Below are positions 49,901 through 60,100 of a stretch of DNA of 64,000 nucleotides, piece after piece. The stretch lies in the NCBI RefSeq assembly GCF_001194135.2, contig NC_068982.1, forward strand, positions 329,196 to 393,195, written 5' to 3'. Numbering within the stretch: the stretch's first letter is position 1; each line of letters starts with the position of its first letter. Under the pieces are notes generated by a model. It was not told the DNA's origin and did not search any database. It was given only the letters and a program-made list of their open reading frames with translations. The stretch comes from Octopus bimaculoides. Taxonomy: Eukaryota. The translations under genes and the position numbers were made by a program.

Positions 49901-51454
49901 TGGTGTTTAACAATCAATATTATTTTCTTTGATGATTTCCAAGTCAATTTTCCTTCACACTAGTGTCTAATTTAATCATTTTCAAATTTCAAAAAGTGGG
50001 GTAAAATGAGTAATGACTAATTTCAGTAATTTCTTCTCATTAACTGCATGATGTATAAATGTATCAGGAAGACAGGCATTCCAGCAAATCGTAAAGAAGC
50101 TATAGAGAATATTTTGACTTTTATTATTATTATCATTTAGTGGAGTTTCGTTGATTTCATATCATGTGCCGTTTTCCCTTCATCCTCTTTTATTTGACCT
50201 AGATAGTCATTTATTTTCTTTTGTATTTCTGATCTTTCTAATGTCTAAGGATTGATATTGACGAGTATGAGTCTGTTTTCTGGAGAACTGTAGTGGCGTA
50301 TTTGCCTTACAATGGCTTACTCGTTTTACCCCAGCCAAATTTGTCTTTTACATACTCAGAGAACGGCGATAATTTCCTGAAATAGTGATCAGATTATGTT
50401 ATAATGCTTCTAATGCATTTAGGGAAGGCCATTTGCCTAGTTGATATAGTTTTGTGGCAATCAATCGGTATTGGTCTCGAGAAACAAAAACTATATTTTC
50501 GGCAAAGTTCCGTTAAAAATGCAGTGAAAAAAACCCACCTCATTTTGCCCCATCAACTCATATCTATTTCCGACTAAATTTCAACATAGAGAATAAAATA
50601 TTTCGAGTTAGGAACAAAAAAGTAAATATATATTTTTTGCAATCTTTAATTCAAGCCACAAAATTTATGCAGTTAATAAGTATCGTTCAAATTTCTCTCA
50701 TTACTTCGGTGTTTTGTTTATTCGAACTTTGGTTTTGCTATTTAAATGATTGAAATGGTTAGCAGAAATATTGGAAGGCGATATCAACCGGTTGGAGTCG
50801 TTCACCAAATCCTGGAAAATTAATTCAATAATGCAAATATGCCAAATTGTTTGCTGTATATTTTAAAAATTCACTTAGAACGGCTACACAGATATTTACT
50901 ACGACTTGAGATCCGAAGGAGCTTCCTTTCCTTTTCCATTTTTACAGTAAACTAACAAAACAAAACAAAACAAAAAATGTGCGACTTTTTCGAATTTCGA
51001 ATAAATCTTTGCGACTCATTCATTACGAAATATTTTAAGTATTTGTAGAAAAAACAAAATAAAACCAGAAAAAAAAAGCAGTTGGTAAAATAATTTCCTA
51101 ATCAGGTTACATAATTAAATAAATTTCACGAAAGAAACGACTGAAAATAGTTTAATTGAAGTTGATTGAATGAAGAACATTTTAAAGAATTAAAATGTTT
51201 TTTTCTTCTGTTTTTCAGTCGTTGAAAGAGAAAAACTATTTTCAAGTTTATTTCTTTATAATTGAATCCCGTAACAAAAATTATTTAAACTTCATATTGA
51301 ATATAATTACGAGTTAAATAAATGATTGACATTTGAAACTGAGAGGGTTCTGGAAAGTGGAGGCTGGGCAAATATTTACCTTTCCCGTGAGACGATCGCC
51401 AACGATAACAATCTTAAGTCGTTCATCAAAACATTCATTGTCCGAGTCTGACAT
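33267..51454 (-). CDS. RAB28: Ras-related protein Rab-28, complete 6-exon gene, 222 aa
   Basis: Exons 51454-51380, 44811-44715, 41843-41755, 39306-39174, 35128-35025, 33437-33267 total 669 nt with phases 0,1,0,1,0. Protein MSDSDNE...[15 protein letters not shown]...TMGVDF...LQIWDISG...[16 protein letters not shown]...LVGNKVDLEH...FISAKTGE...CFQRIAAE...CSLQ* is colinear with human RAB28 (recalled). Confidence 0.95.
33810..34330 (+). mobile_element. RTE-type LINE 3' region, degenerate
   Basis: Family 3' terminus at about 34280-34330. Confidence 0.6.
35025..35128 (-). CDS. RAB28: RAB28 exon 5 ([35 protein letters not shown])
   Basis: tttcag acceptor, gtaagt donor, phase 1/0; SAK (G5) motif. 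Confidence 0.93.
36210..36700 (+). mobile_element. Mariner transposase relic (C-terminal catalytic region)
   Basis: Decayed DNAR and [18 protein letters not shown]...FF....GI..LP.RWQ, matching the mariner HPPYSPDLAPSDYHLF motif. Confidence 0.8.
36750..37870 (-). mobile_element. RTE-type LINE 3' kilobase, degenerate
   Basis: 3'UTR plus [20 protein letters not shown] and QGSVLSPLL peptides. Confidence 0.75.
38734..38775. repeat. (TAC)14 microsatellite
   Basis: Direct read. Confidence 0.95.
39174..39306 (-). CDS. RAB28: RAB28 exon 4 ([20 protein letters not shown]...LALVGNK)
   Basis: AAG acceptor after a long U-tract, gtaact donor, phase 0/1; NK of the NKxD motif. Confidence 0.92.
40845..41000 (+). 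mobile_element. CORE-type SINE 5' part
   Basis: gtgtcttctactatagcc...gtgaatggatttggtagatggaaact. Confidence 0.6.
41755..41843 (-). CDS. RAB28: RAB28 exon 3 ([30 protein letters not shown])
   Basis: tttcag acceptor, gtaagg donor, phase 1/0; switch II. Confidence 0.93.
42500..42736 (+). mobile_element. RTE-type LINE 3' end
   Basis: Family terminus plus (GAT)n. Confidence 0.72.
43080..43260 (-). mobile_element. SINE (third family), degenerate
   Basis: Reverse complement resembles 27864-28080. Confidence 0.5.
43254..43344. repeat. 22-bp tandem repeat, about 4 copies
   Basis: ctgctaatgattttcacctg(gc/at) units. Confidence 0.85.
43345..43790 (-). mobile_element. RTE-type LINE 3'UTR fragment with about five ~65-bp tandem units
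   Basis: Repeating ggtgctttttacgtgccac...ctggcaatgaccacgc units. Confidence 0.72.
43793..44219 (+). mobile_element. Full-length CORE-type tRNA SINE with central (TG/TA)n
   Basis: tRNA-like head, CORE-like ccttgggcaag segment, microsatellite linker, conserved 3' module ending aagtaaaagag. Confidence 0.8.
44237..44370 (-). mobile_element. CORE-type SINE 5' fragment, inverted relative to its neighbour
   Basis: Reverse complement aligns to about 43805-43955 with an internal deletion. Confidence 0.65.
44715..44811 (-). CDS. RAB28: RAB28 exon 2 ([32 protein letters not shown])
   Basis: ttgcag acceptor, gtaagt donor, phase 0/1; switch I. Confidence 0.93.
47048..47933 (-). mobile_element. Young 5'-truncated RTE-type LINE (contains a gap)
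   Basis: (CAT)n tail, 3'UTR, and 230 nt of ORF end nearly identical to the copy at 20731-20960. Confidence 0.88.
48205..48594 (+). mobile_element. RTE-type LINE 3'UTR
   Basis: Tandem units, family terminus, (GAT)n. Confidence 0.82.
49402..49438 (-). ncRNA. Minimal hammerhead-like motif, degenerate copy
   Basis: CCUU-CUGUUGA-A-GAGC(GUAG)GCUC-AAAAC-GUA/AAAG. Confidence 0.5.
49742..49779 (-). ncRNA. Minimal hammerhead-like motif, degenerate copy
   Basis: CCUUU-CUGUUGA-A-GAGC(AUAG)GCUC-GAAAU-GUA/AAAG. Confidence 0.5.
51380..51454 (-). CDS. RAB28: RAB28 exon 1 ([25 protein letters not shown])
   Basis: ATG at 51454-51452; gtaaat donor, phase 0; MSDS N-terminus typical of Rab28. Confidence 0.92.
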
Positions 51455-51614
51455 TGACGATCGTAATCTGGCGGTTGTTTACCAAAATATATACATAGAC
51501 TGGATCGATTAATGAAGCATTTACAAGTCTCTCTCTCTCTCTGTTTGTTTAGCGATAATAAAAAGAGAAGATGTCAGCAACGACCAAGACAAGACAAAAA
51601 CAAGGAATGGCTTT

Positions 51615-51622
51615 TGACGTCA
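51615..51622. promoter_or_regulatory. Palindromic CRE (TGACGTCA) upstream of RAB28
   Basis: Exact 8-mer about 160 nt upstream of the RAB28 ATG; function untested. Confidence 0.4.
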
Positions 51623-54089
51623 TATCCGTTGCTTCTTGGCTCCGGCAACAGGTTGAAACAATCAGTTTCCTCACACTTCGGAGGTGGAATTGAAAAATAA
51701 ATTTTTAGAGAGATAATTTATTCATATAAAACTTTGTTAAAACTTATTTACTATTTTGGAAGTGGTGAATATCATCTTTTTATCTTTTACTTGTTTCAAT
51801 GATTAAAATGCTGCTATTGCTGGGACACTGCAGTAGAAGGGTTTACTAGAAACAAACCGACCGGAGGACCTTTTTTTTAGTTTTTAAAGTCTGCTATTTA
51901 CATTATCGATTGCTTTTGTTGAACCACTGGTTTACAGGGTTCGTAATCAAGCCAACATCAGTTGTCAGGCGATGGAGGGGACACTAACATGAGGACATAC
52001 ACACACACAAATGTGTGAGTATGACATATATATAAATTACACACACACACACGGTCCTGGTAGGGTAGATAAGAGAGAGATAGGGTGTTTCCAAGGCAGC
52101 ACTCAACCTGAGCTTTTAGGCTATCTACACCGTCGGATTCCAGACTAATGTCGAAATTCCTCAGGTGTAGAAAATCTTGGTTTCACGTCGGTAAAACCAT
52201 TTTGTGGGTTTAACCGAAGAGTAGAATATAATCCCAGCAAAAAGTCAAAGAAAGATTTCCTCTTCAAACTCCTCCTCCACCTCCCCATTTACTCTTCTTC
52301 TTTCCTTCTTCTTCTTCTTCCTCATCTTTTCTCCCTTCTTCCCCTCTTCTTTCTTTTCGTCCTCCTCGTTCTCGTCCTCCTCTTCATCCTTCTCGATGTC
52401 ATCGTCATCCTCCTTCACGATCTCCTCTTCCTCCCCTCCTATTCACCTTTCCCTCCTCCCCTCCCCTTACAACACCTCCCTCCCTCCCCTTACAACACCT
52501 CCATCCCTCCCCACCCTCNNNNNNNNNNNNNNNCCCCCCTATTTTCTTTTACCTAAAACCAGGAACTTTTCCGCATCCCTTCGTATATATATCTATGGTG
52601 GACTTCCGTACTTTTCCGCCTACCAAATAGTAATCTAGTGGAAGACACTTGCCAAAAGTGCGTGCAGTGTAACTGAATCCGAAACAAATGTGAAAATGCC
52701 GAGAGAATGTGACGCGTGTAATTGGATGCACGAACAAAAAGGTGCAGCGAGAATTAGCATGAGAGAACTGCAAACATTTATACGAAAACATGCAGCAACG
52801 ACAATTGCAGAAAGAGTGTTTGGTGTGAACGGATGATGGATGGTGTGAATTCGGCCACCACGAAATAAGCATGCGTATACAGGAAACTGTAAATTGCATG
52901 TGTGACTGCAAGAAATTAGTATGCTACAGGGATTCGAAACCTAACTGCAAGATACTCAGTTGGGCACCTGGTGTGAGCCACCAGTTCACGTGATTGATCT
53001 ATAAATAGTGTGAAGCTATGGTGTGATATGGCTTTTCTAGATTGTTCTAGAATTTAACCTTTTGTCCCCTATAAAAACCGTTTTTGGCGTTCAGTTCATC
53101 GCAGTGTGTTGAAGACGGCTGACTGATTCACGAGCCTCCTCGCATGCCATTCAGACTGTTTGGGACATTTGTGTAAACAACTCCAGGTTCTTGGACAGAT
53201 TCATTCTGAACATTCACACAATGTCTCAAAAGTAACTTCTACAGATTTTTTTCTCTCTATCCCATTTGCAAGCTCTCCAGCCTCGAGCAAATATACGCAG
53301 TGGGCCAGAATCCAGAACCATGTGGTTGGGAAACAAACTTCTTACTTCAATGCTGTATACCTGCACCAACCAATTCAAATTTTTTTCTTAATTGAATTAT
53401 TCACGACACTTAGTCCCATGTCGGTTCTGACTGAGTGGGTCAGAGGTCGGGGAACATTTTTTCAACCCCGAAATATATTTATTTACACCAACGTTATTCC
53501 ACTTGATTTGAAAGGAAGAAAATCGTAGATTCTTTGAATTCAAAAGGTTTATTGAATCTATTTATATGGAGAATACAATTATAAATATAAAAAGTATAAA
53601 ACAAATGCGATAAAATACATTAATATCCTCATTATGAAACTTTTTCACTTCAGGTTTTGGAGAAATGATGTTTCATCTTTGTTAAAATTACATCAAAATT
53701 GGGACATTTTAATGCTAGAGCAATTTGGATACAGCCTTCGAGGTCCAATTGATTCCTCCTTTTTTTGTTCATTAGAGTAGAAAATCCTTATTCGCAAAGG
53801 TAGGTTGTTGCAAAAAGCAGCAACTTTTTCACTGCCTCTTCATGCCAGCAGAAAAACTTCTGTCATAAACAAGGAACACGTTTTTTTTTTATGTAATTTG
53901 ACTTATGTCTTATGAGTCCTCATTACCCATAAGAATTGCATTTTTACCCCACTTGGGTAATTTACGCCGACCTCTGGTGTAGACTTGTAGCAGAGCTACA
54001 TAACTTAGGCATAGTAATATGTGACCAGAGGCGCTATGGTCGACCTGCACAGCAGACGAATACATCGGTAATGTAGCTAGTCACGCTTT

Positions 54090-54146
54090 GATACGGTAGC
54101 CTCATTCTGATATGGTAGCCTCATTCTGATAGGGTAGCCACGTTCT
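54090..54146. repeat. 19-bp tandem repeat, 3 copies
   Basis: gatacggtagcctcattct units. Confidence 0.85.
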
Positions 54147-55025
54147 GAGCTACACTGTGGAAACGAGCTCAGTTACTGCTTGGTCAAAAGCACATGTCTT
54201 CACTGCAGCTCCATGTGCAATCTCCCACATGTGTAACTCATATGTCTATTTGCCTCGACACAAGATATATGGTTTGTAAACGAAGATATTTTATCACACA
54301 CACGTTCTGTGTGTGTGATGACTGTTCTCATCCCACACACAAGCATACATACTGTGATTCAAATATTATATGTTACTTCTTTCAGTGCCAAAGGTAAAAA
54401 TCAAAACTTCCTTTGTATGTAAACATGTTTTTGTATCATACCACATGCTTCCACCACAAAAGGTGAACACAGAATAAACAATATATTTATACACAAAAAC
54501 GTCATGTGCTGATTCATGCTGTCTTTCCATTTGATAACATGCACTTGAACAGCCAACGACAACCACTATAGACTTATGATCAATTGCTCACCTGTGAATA
54601 AAATGCTTTTTTTATTATTGTATATGAGATAACATTGTTTAACGTGTTCTTCGTCTCTTTATGACAGTAGGGTATTATTTGAAGTAGATTTGACTGCTGT
54701 TTCTAACAATTCAGGTAACCATGTAGAGTCTCCCTCATTGATTCCTTTAATAAGTAGTAGGTATGTGAAGCGAGTTTTCCTTAAAATTCACACCTCTTTA
54801 AAATAGCAAAAGCCATTTTAGGGAAAAATGGGGCGTAAGTGAATTGAGCTTGTACTAATCAAACATGGAAGTCGGGGTCATGATGTTGACTTGTTCAGAA
54901 CTTACTTTAGAAATAAGTTCCAAAATCAATGGTATTATAAAATTACAAAACAAAGAAACAAATATTGCAAAGAAAATATAAATTTTAAAATAACCAAGTG
55001 AAATACTTATATTGTTGATAGCATG

Positions 55026-55031
55026 TTTATT
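55026..55031 (-). terminator. Candidate polyadenylation signal of the chitinase
   Basis: AATAAA on - strand 20 nt after the stop codon; not verified. Confidence 0.4.
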
Positions 55032-55050
55032 CTGTAAAAGGAAAATGGAG

Positions 55051-55205
55051 TTAATGATGGTTGTAATTACATGCTTGAATACGTGGGTCCCAAACCAAGG
55101 TTGGTGGACATATGTAGCGATAATCACGTCCTAAGTAACAAACATGGAAAACATGGCAGTTGTATGGGTCACCAATTATCACATTCACATTTGGTGGACA
55201 GATAG
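55051..55205 (-). CDS. Chitinase terminal exon, CBM14 (ICPPNVNVIIGDPYNCHVFHVCYLGRDYRYICPPTLVWDPRIQACNYNHH*)
   Basis: caacag acceptor, phase 1; Cys spacing C-x13-C-x5-C-x9-C-x12-C; TAA at 55053-55051. Confidence 0.9.
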
Positions 55206-57066
55206 CTGTTGGAGAAAAGAAAAGTAGCTTCTGTTATAATTTCTGAAAAAGTGTAAGGTTATTTACGGTAAGAAAATGAATTTGTTCTTAGGTACAGATT
55301 AACATATACATGGAAGTGATTTGAAGAAACATTAATCAATTCACCAAAGGCTGTTTAAGAAGTGAAAAGCAATCCAAATAAGGTCTTGTACCCAGTTGGG
55401 TACTTACTTTTCACCCTGTTTATTGATTTGGATATGAATTTCTTTTGAGTTGGTACCAAGTCAGTTTTAGTTAAGGTAATATATAATCAACCCAATACAG
55501 TTTGTAAACTTAGGCAAGTGAAACGGGAAGTAGAGAGCCCCCCACCACTACATTTGAATAGCAAAAGTTTCAAAGTTCTTACTGTTTAGTATTCAGTTCA
55601 ACTTTCATCCTATTATTGGTACCTTGACTACTTTTTCTATATTACTGAAATTATCCTGTGCTTGTAAAACTTCTCTGAAGAGAGATACTTTATTGGAATG
55701 TGAAATATTGTTCTTGAGAATTCTTCTTGTTATCATCACTCAATTGGAAGGTTAAAAATAAGCTTTATGAAATGGAAATCCAACTGGATTCTGCAGGTTA
55801 AGAGAGAAGATAGCATCAGTAAGACCATATTTCCAGTTTGTCATTTACATTGATGCTGTATTGCCAAACAATCTGTTTATGAATTTGTTATTGACTAATA
55901 CACATTTTTGAAGATGGTGCTGTCTGAGAGATTAAAGTTTACTGTTGAGACAGTGAGCAGCTTATATGCTGTGCTAAGCTCAAATCCTCTCATGGCTTTA
56001 GAGAAGGCAGTGGCAAAACATTGCAGCATGTTATTCCTTGAATTAGTGACAAAAAGCCACAATTTTTAGAGATGTCCTAATAACTTATAGGATATTAATT
56101 CTAAGAGTGTCTTAGTATTTTTTTGGACTTAGGTAGTGCTAAAAATACTTTCATAAAGCCCCCATCTTTAGTAAAACAAAATTTAAAAAAATTAATAATG
56201 GATGATATTACAGTGTGGAATATTAGGTGAATGTGTCCATATTCTTGGAGTAGTGGCTTGTGGTCTGACTGTATAGGATCTATAAGAAAGCGAAAAATGC
56301 AACATAATTTAATAGATTTCAACAGAATACTCACACAAACTCTCACACACACACACACATATAGACACAATGCATATATCTGGAAGCACAAATAGAAGAC
56401 ATTTTTGTACTCAACCCATGCCAGCATGGAAAACAAACGTTAAATAATGATGATATGATAATGATGATGATAATATAGTTTGGAGCTGATGATTTACTCC
56501 ATCACTCTTCAGAGCTTCTCATTATGTTCTGTTTTTCAGGCAACCAAAAATGAGTTCCTTTTTGTCATGAAGGATTGTACATTCTAATAAATTTGGAGAA
56601 GCAGTGTAGTACAAGCATAACTAAGAAGGGGAGGGGGGATATTTGTTTGAGACAGCACTTTATACATGTTATTATGTTGTATATTCCATGATGAGTGGCA
56701 AATCAAGGACTTCTTTGATGGCACAAATCCAGTTACACCACAGCCTCTGAGTGAATCCTCAATGTCAAGTTGAACGACTACAGCCAATTGTTCAAGTGAA
56801 TTTTGCTTTGCTATTGATTTCACCTTTTTTGCAACTACATTTGCTGCACTTCCCTCATGCTGTTCAACCTGGGTATTATGCATAAACTCACTCGTGATCA
56901 GAGATGCACATATCGTCAGCCACTAAGGAACATGCTCAACTGGTTAAGGTCAAACAACTGACAAGAAAATAATCTGTGGTATTGAGCAGAATATTTGCTG
57001 TAGCCCATCTTTTATACCGAGACAAAAAATGTCATGAAAGCCACTGCCTGGTACTGCATCAGGGCG

Positions 57067-57138
<72 letters not shown>

Positions 57139-60100
57139 GAGTGAGAGAGCAGAGCATGCCATCAAAGTGACACTGGGCTAAAATATATGAAACCTAGTTT
57201 ACCCATCATGACTACTTGTCTGATCAGGTTACACCAGGCACATGCATCATAACCATATGTGAGTGACATGGTGATCTCGTATCAAGATAAACAGCGTATG
57301 ACTTTGGAGGTGGGGCCCAGTTAGAATTTTCTTCAGGTCAAGTAGCTCATCTCACTCAAAAGGTCCCTGAATAAGGGTTGTTTAAGGATGTTGAATGAAA
57401 CACCCATGTTCCCACAGATGAATTATCCAAGCCTCAAAGAATTCCTCTCAACAACACATAGCTATGATGCTCCCCCACTACTTCTGCTCATGATCAGAGA
57501 TGCAGATATCGTCAACCATTAAAGGACATGCTCAACTGGTCAAGCAGCTGACAAGCAAAACTGTGGTATCGAGCAGAATATTTGTCGTAGCCCACCTTTT
57601 GTACGAAGACAAAACAATGCACATGATAACACTTCCAATCAGTTAAGATGAGAGGCCATGAGAGCCAGTGCCTGGTACTACATCAGGGAATTTATTATTA
57701 TTATTATTATTATTGGGTGTCATCGTGTTATGTTTTTCCAAAGTGTTATGGCATAAGAAAGAAAGCAAATGATTAAGATAGAATGGATTGGGAATAGAAT
57801 CTAAGTAGATTCTTCGACAGTTTAAAATCACATAAGAATAAGTTTTAAATGAATAAGTGATAAAAACGAACCGAAAGGTAGTTGGTCTACGATTATGGAG
57901 TGCCAAAGAAGATACTAGCGTATTTAACAATGGAAAGCGGCCTTGCCGACATGCATTGTCGAAGTCGTCAAAATCTAGTGACCAAATCATGGCACCAGCT
58001 AAATTCCTGCTCACAAGGTAATTGCCCTGGAATAATAACAAGAAATTTAAGTTTTGATAAACATTTGGTACATTGAAGATAATAAAACAATTCTGAGAAT
58101 TGTTGAAATTCACATAAAAATGCAACTTTCAACAAGACATTTTTCTGTAGACGATGGAAAAGGATAATTATTTTTACGACATGTAGTTACAAATTTCTAG
58201 AGGAATTGAGAATGAAATGATGAGACCTGAATTACTGTCCTATGAGACTTTAAATCTAACAAGATGGCAAATTGGTGAATAGGTAGAGAATTGGAAGAGT
58301 TGTAAGGGTATCAGAAAGCCTGCTCAGAGTTCAACTTTGCCATTTGTCCTTTCAGATCGATAAATAAAGTATCAGTCCAAAGCGGTGTTCTGATAGAAAC
58401 ATTTTGAGTGTCAGACAGAATGTCTTGTGTTATTTGCTCTGGACCTATGCATTCTGAGTTCAAATCTTGATTTCTGTTATCGGAATTAGTGGATGGTAAC
58501 CAAAAGATAGTACCACTAATGGGGAAAAACAAAGGGAAAATAGTTTCCTTCGTTCAATAGGAAGATCAACTGGCACCACCATTAAATGATTTAACACACA
58601 TGTTACCACTTTAGCACAAGTGCAGCACAGTTTTAACATTAGTTGCTGGGAAACCTTGATTAAGCAGACCGATAATCAGAAATATTTCAGGTGTGGAAGC
58701 AAATGATTAAGATAGAAGGGCCTTTGAGTCAACCTAGCTAAAACCAAAGTACTAATAAGTAGGAAGGCAGCCAAACCACAAATCCCTTCAGGTAGATGGC
58801 CCTGCTCGATCTGTAGAAAAGGCATAGGTAGAAACTCTACAAGACGTACCCAGTGTAAGCTATGGGCACANNNNNNNNNNCATAGGTAGAAACTCTACAA
58901 GACGTACCCAGTGTAAGCTATGGGCACATAAGAGGTGCAGCAATATCAAAGGAAGGCTAACTAGCAAGATAGTTTTTATGTGGCAGATGCTCAGGAGCAA
59001 TAAACTCTGAAAATGTGCAGAGAACAACTTCTGCTACATTCCAGGGAGAAAAACTAGAAGTAGTTGATAGCTTCCGTTACCTAGGTGACCAAGTCAGTAG
59101 TGGGAGAGGCTGCGCTGAAAGTGTAGCTGCTAGAATAAGAATAGCCTGGGCAAAGTTCAGGGAGCTCTTACCTCTGCTGGTGACAAAAGGCCTCTCGCTC
59201 AGAGTAAAAGGTAGACTGTATGTCGCATGTGTGCAAACAGCCTTGCTACATGGCAGTGAAACATGGGCTGTGGCTGCTGAGGACATGTGTAAGCTTGCAA
59301 GAAACGAATCCAGTATGCTCCGATGGATGAGTAATGTCAGTGTGCATACTTGACAGAGTGTAAGTACCTTGAGAGAAAAGTTGGACCTAAGAAGCATCAG
59401 TTGTGGTGTGCAAGAGAGACGATTGTATGGTCATTTGGCGAGAATGGACGAGGATAGCTGTGTAAAAAAATGCCACAGCCATGTGGTTGAGAGTACCTGT
59501 GGAAGAGATAGACCCAGGAAGACCTGGGATGAGGTGGTGGAGCACGACCTTCGAACATTAGGCCTCACCGAGGCAATGACTTGTGACCGAGACCTTTGGA
59601 AATATGTTGTGNNNNNNNNNNATGACTTGTGACCGAGACCTTTGGAAATATGTTGTGCGTGAGAAGACCCGGCAAGACAAGTGAGACCATAACCCGTGGC
59701 CTTTACCAGGGGTGTAACCAGCCTACTTATGCGTAACTTTCCTTCTTTGGACACTAAACTCTGCTTGTGAAGACCTGTTGAGGCAAGTGAATTTGAAATC
59801 AAATTGGATGACAGCACCAAACGACTGGCATCTCTGCTTGTGGAGCGCTAAGAGCACCATCTGAGCATGATCGTTGCCAGGGCTGTTGACTGGCTCCTGT
59901 ATCGGTGGCACATAAAAAGCACCATTTGAGCGTGAACGTTACCAGCGTCACCTTACTGGCACTTGTGCCAGTGGCATGTGAAAAACAACATTTGAGCGAG
60001 GTTGTTGCCAGTGCCGCTGGACTGGCTCCTGTGCCGGTGGCACGTAAAAGCACCCACTACACTCTCTGAGTGGTTGGCGGTAGGAAGGGCATCCAGCTGT

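Noticed and set aside
51626-51650. RFX X-box for the ciliary gene RAB28 (GTTGC...GCAAC)
   Set aside because: Half-sites are 12 nt apart, far outside canonical X-box spacing
52261-52520. Long polypyrimidine/CCT-rich tract with an 80-aa Ser/Pro ORF
   Set aside because: Low-complexity simple repeat next to a gap; no coding evidence
52925-52995. tRNA gene suggested by a GTTTCGAATCC B-box on the - strand
   Set aside because: No cloverleaf could be formed; more likely a degenerate SINE head
54124-54172. Possible extra hammerhead (CUGAUAG...GAAAC)
   Set aside because: Core lacks CUGANGA and stems I-III cannot be built
55340-55480. Strong gtaagta donor on the - strand in a chitinase intron
   Set aside because: No upstream AG acceptor before an in-frame stop
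56584-56883. 99-aa minus-strand ORF as an extra chitinase exon
   Set aside because: Exon 56279-56212 already bridges the phases exactly and this ORF has no chitinase or linker character
58821-58930. Exact ~48-bp duplication around a 10-N gap
   Set aside because: Identical sequence on both sides of a tiny gap indicates unmerged overlapping contig ends
59576-59660. Exact ~36-bp duplication around a 9-N gap
   Set aside because: Same gap-overlap artefact pattern
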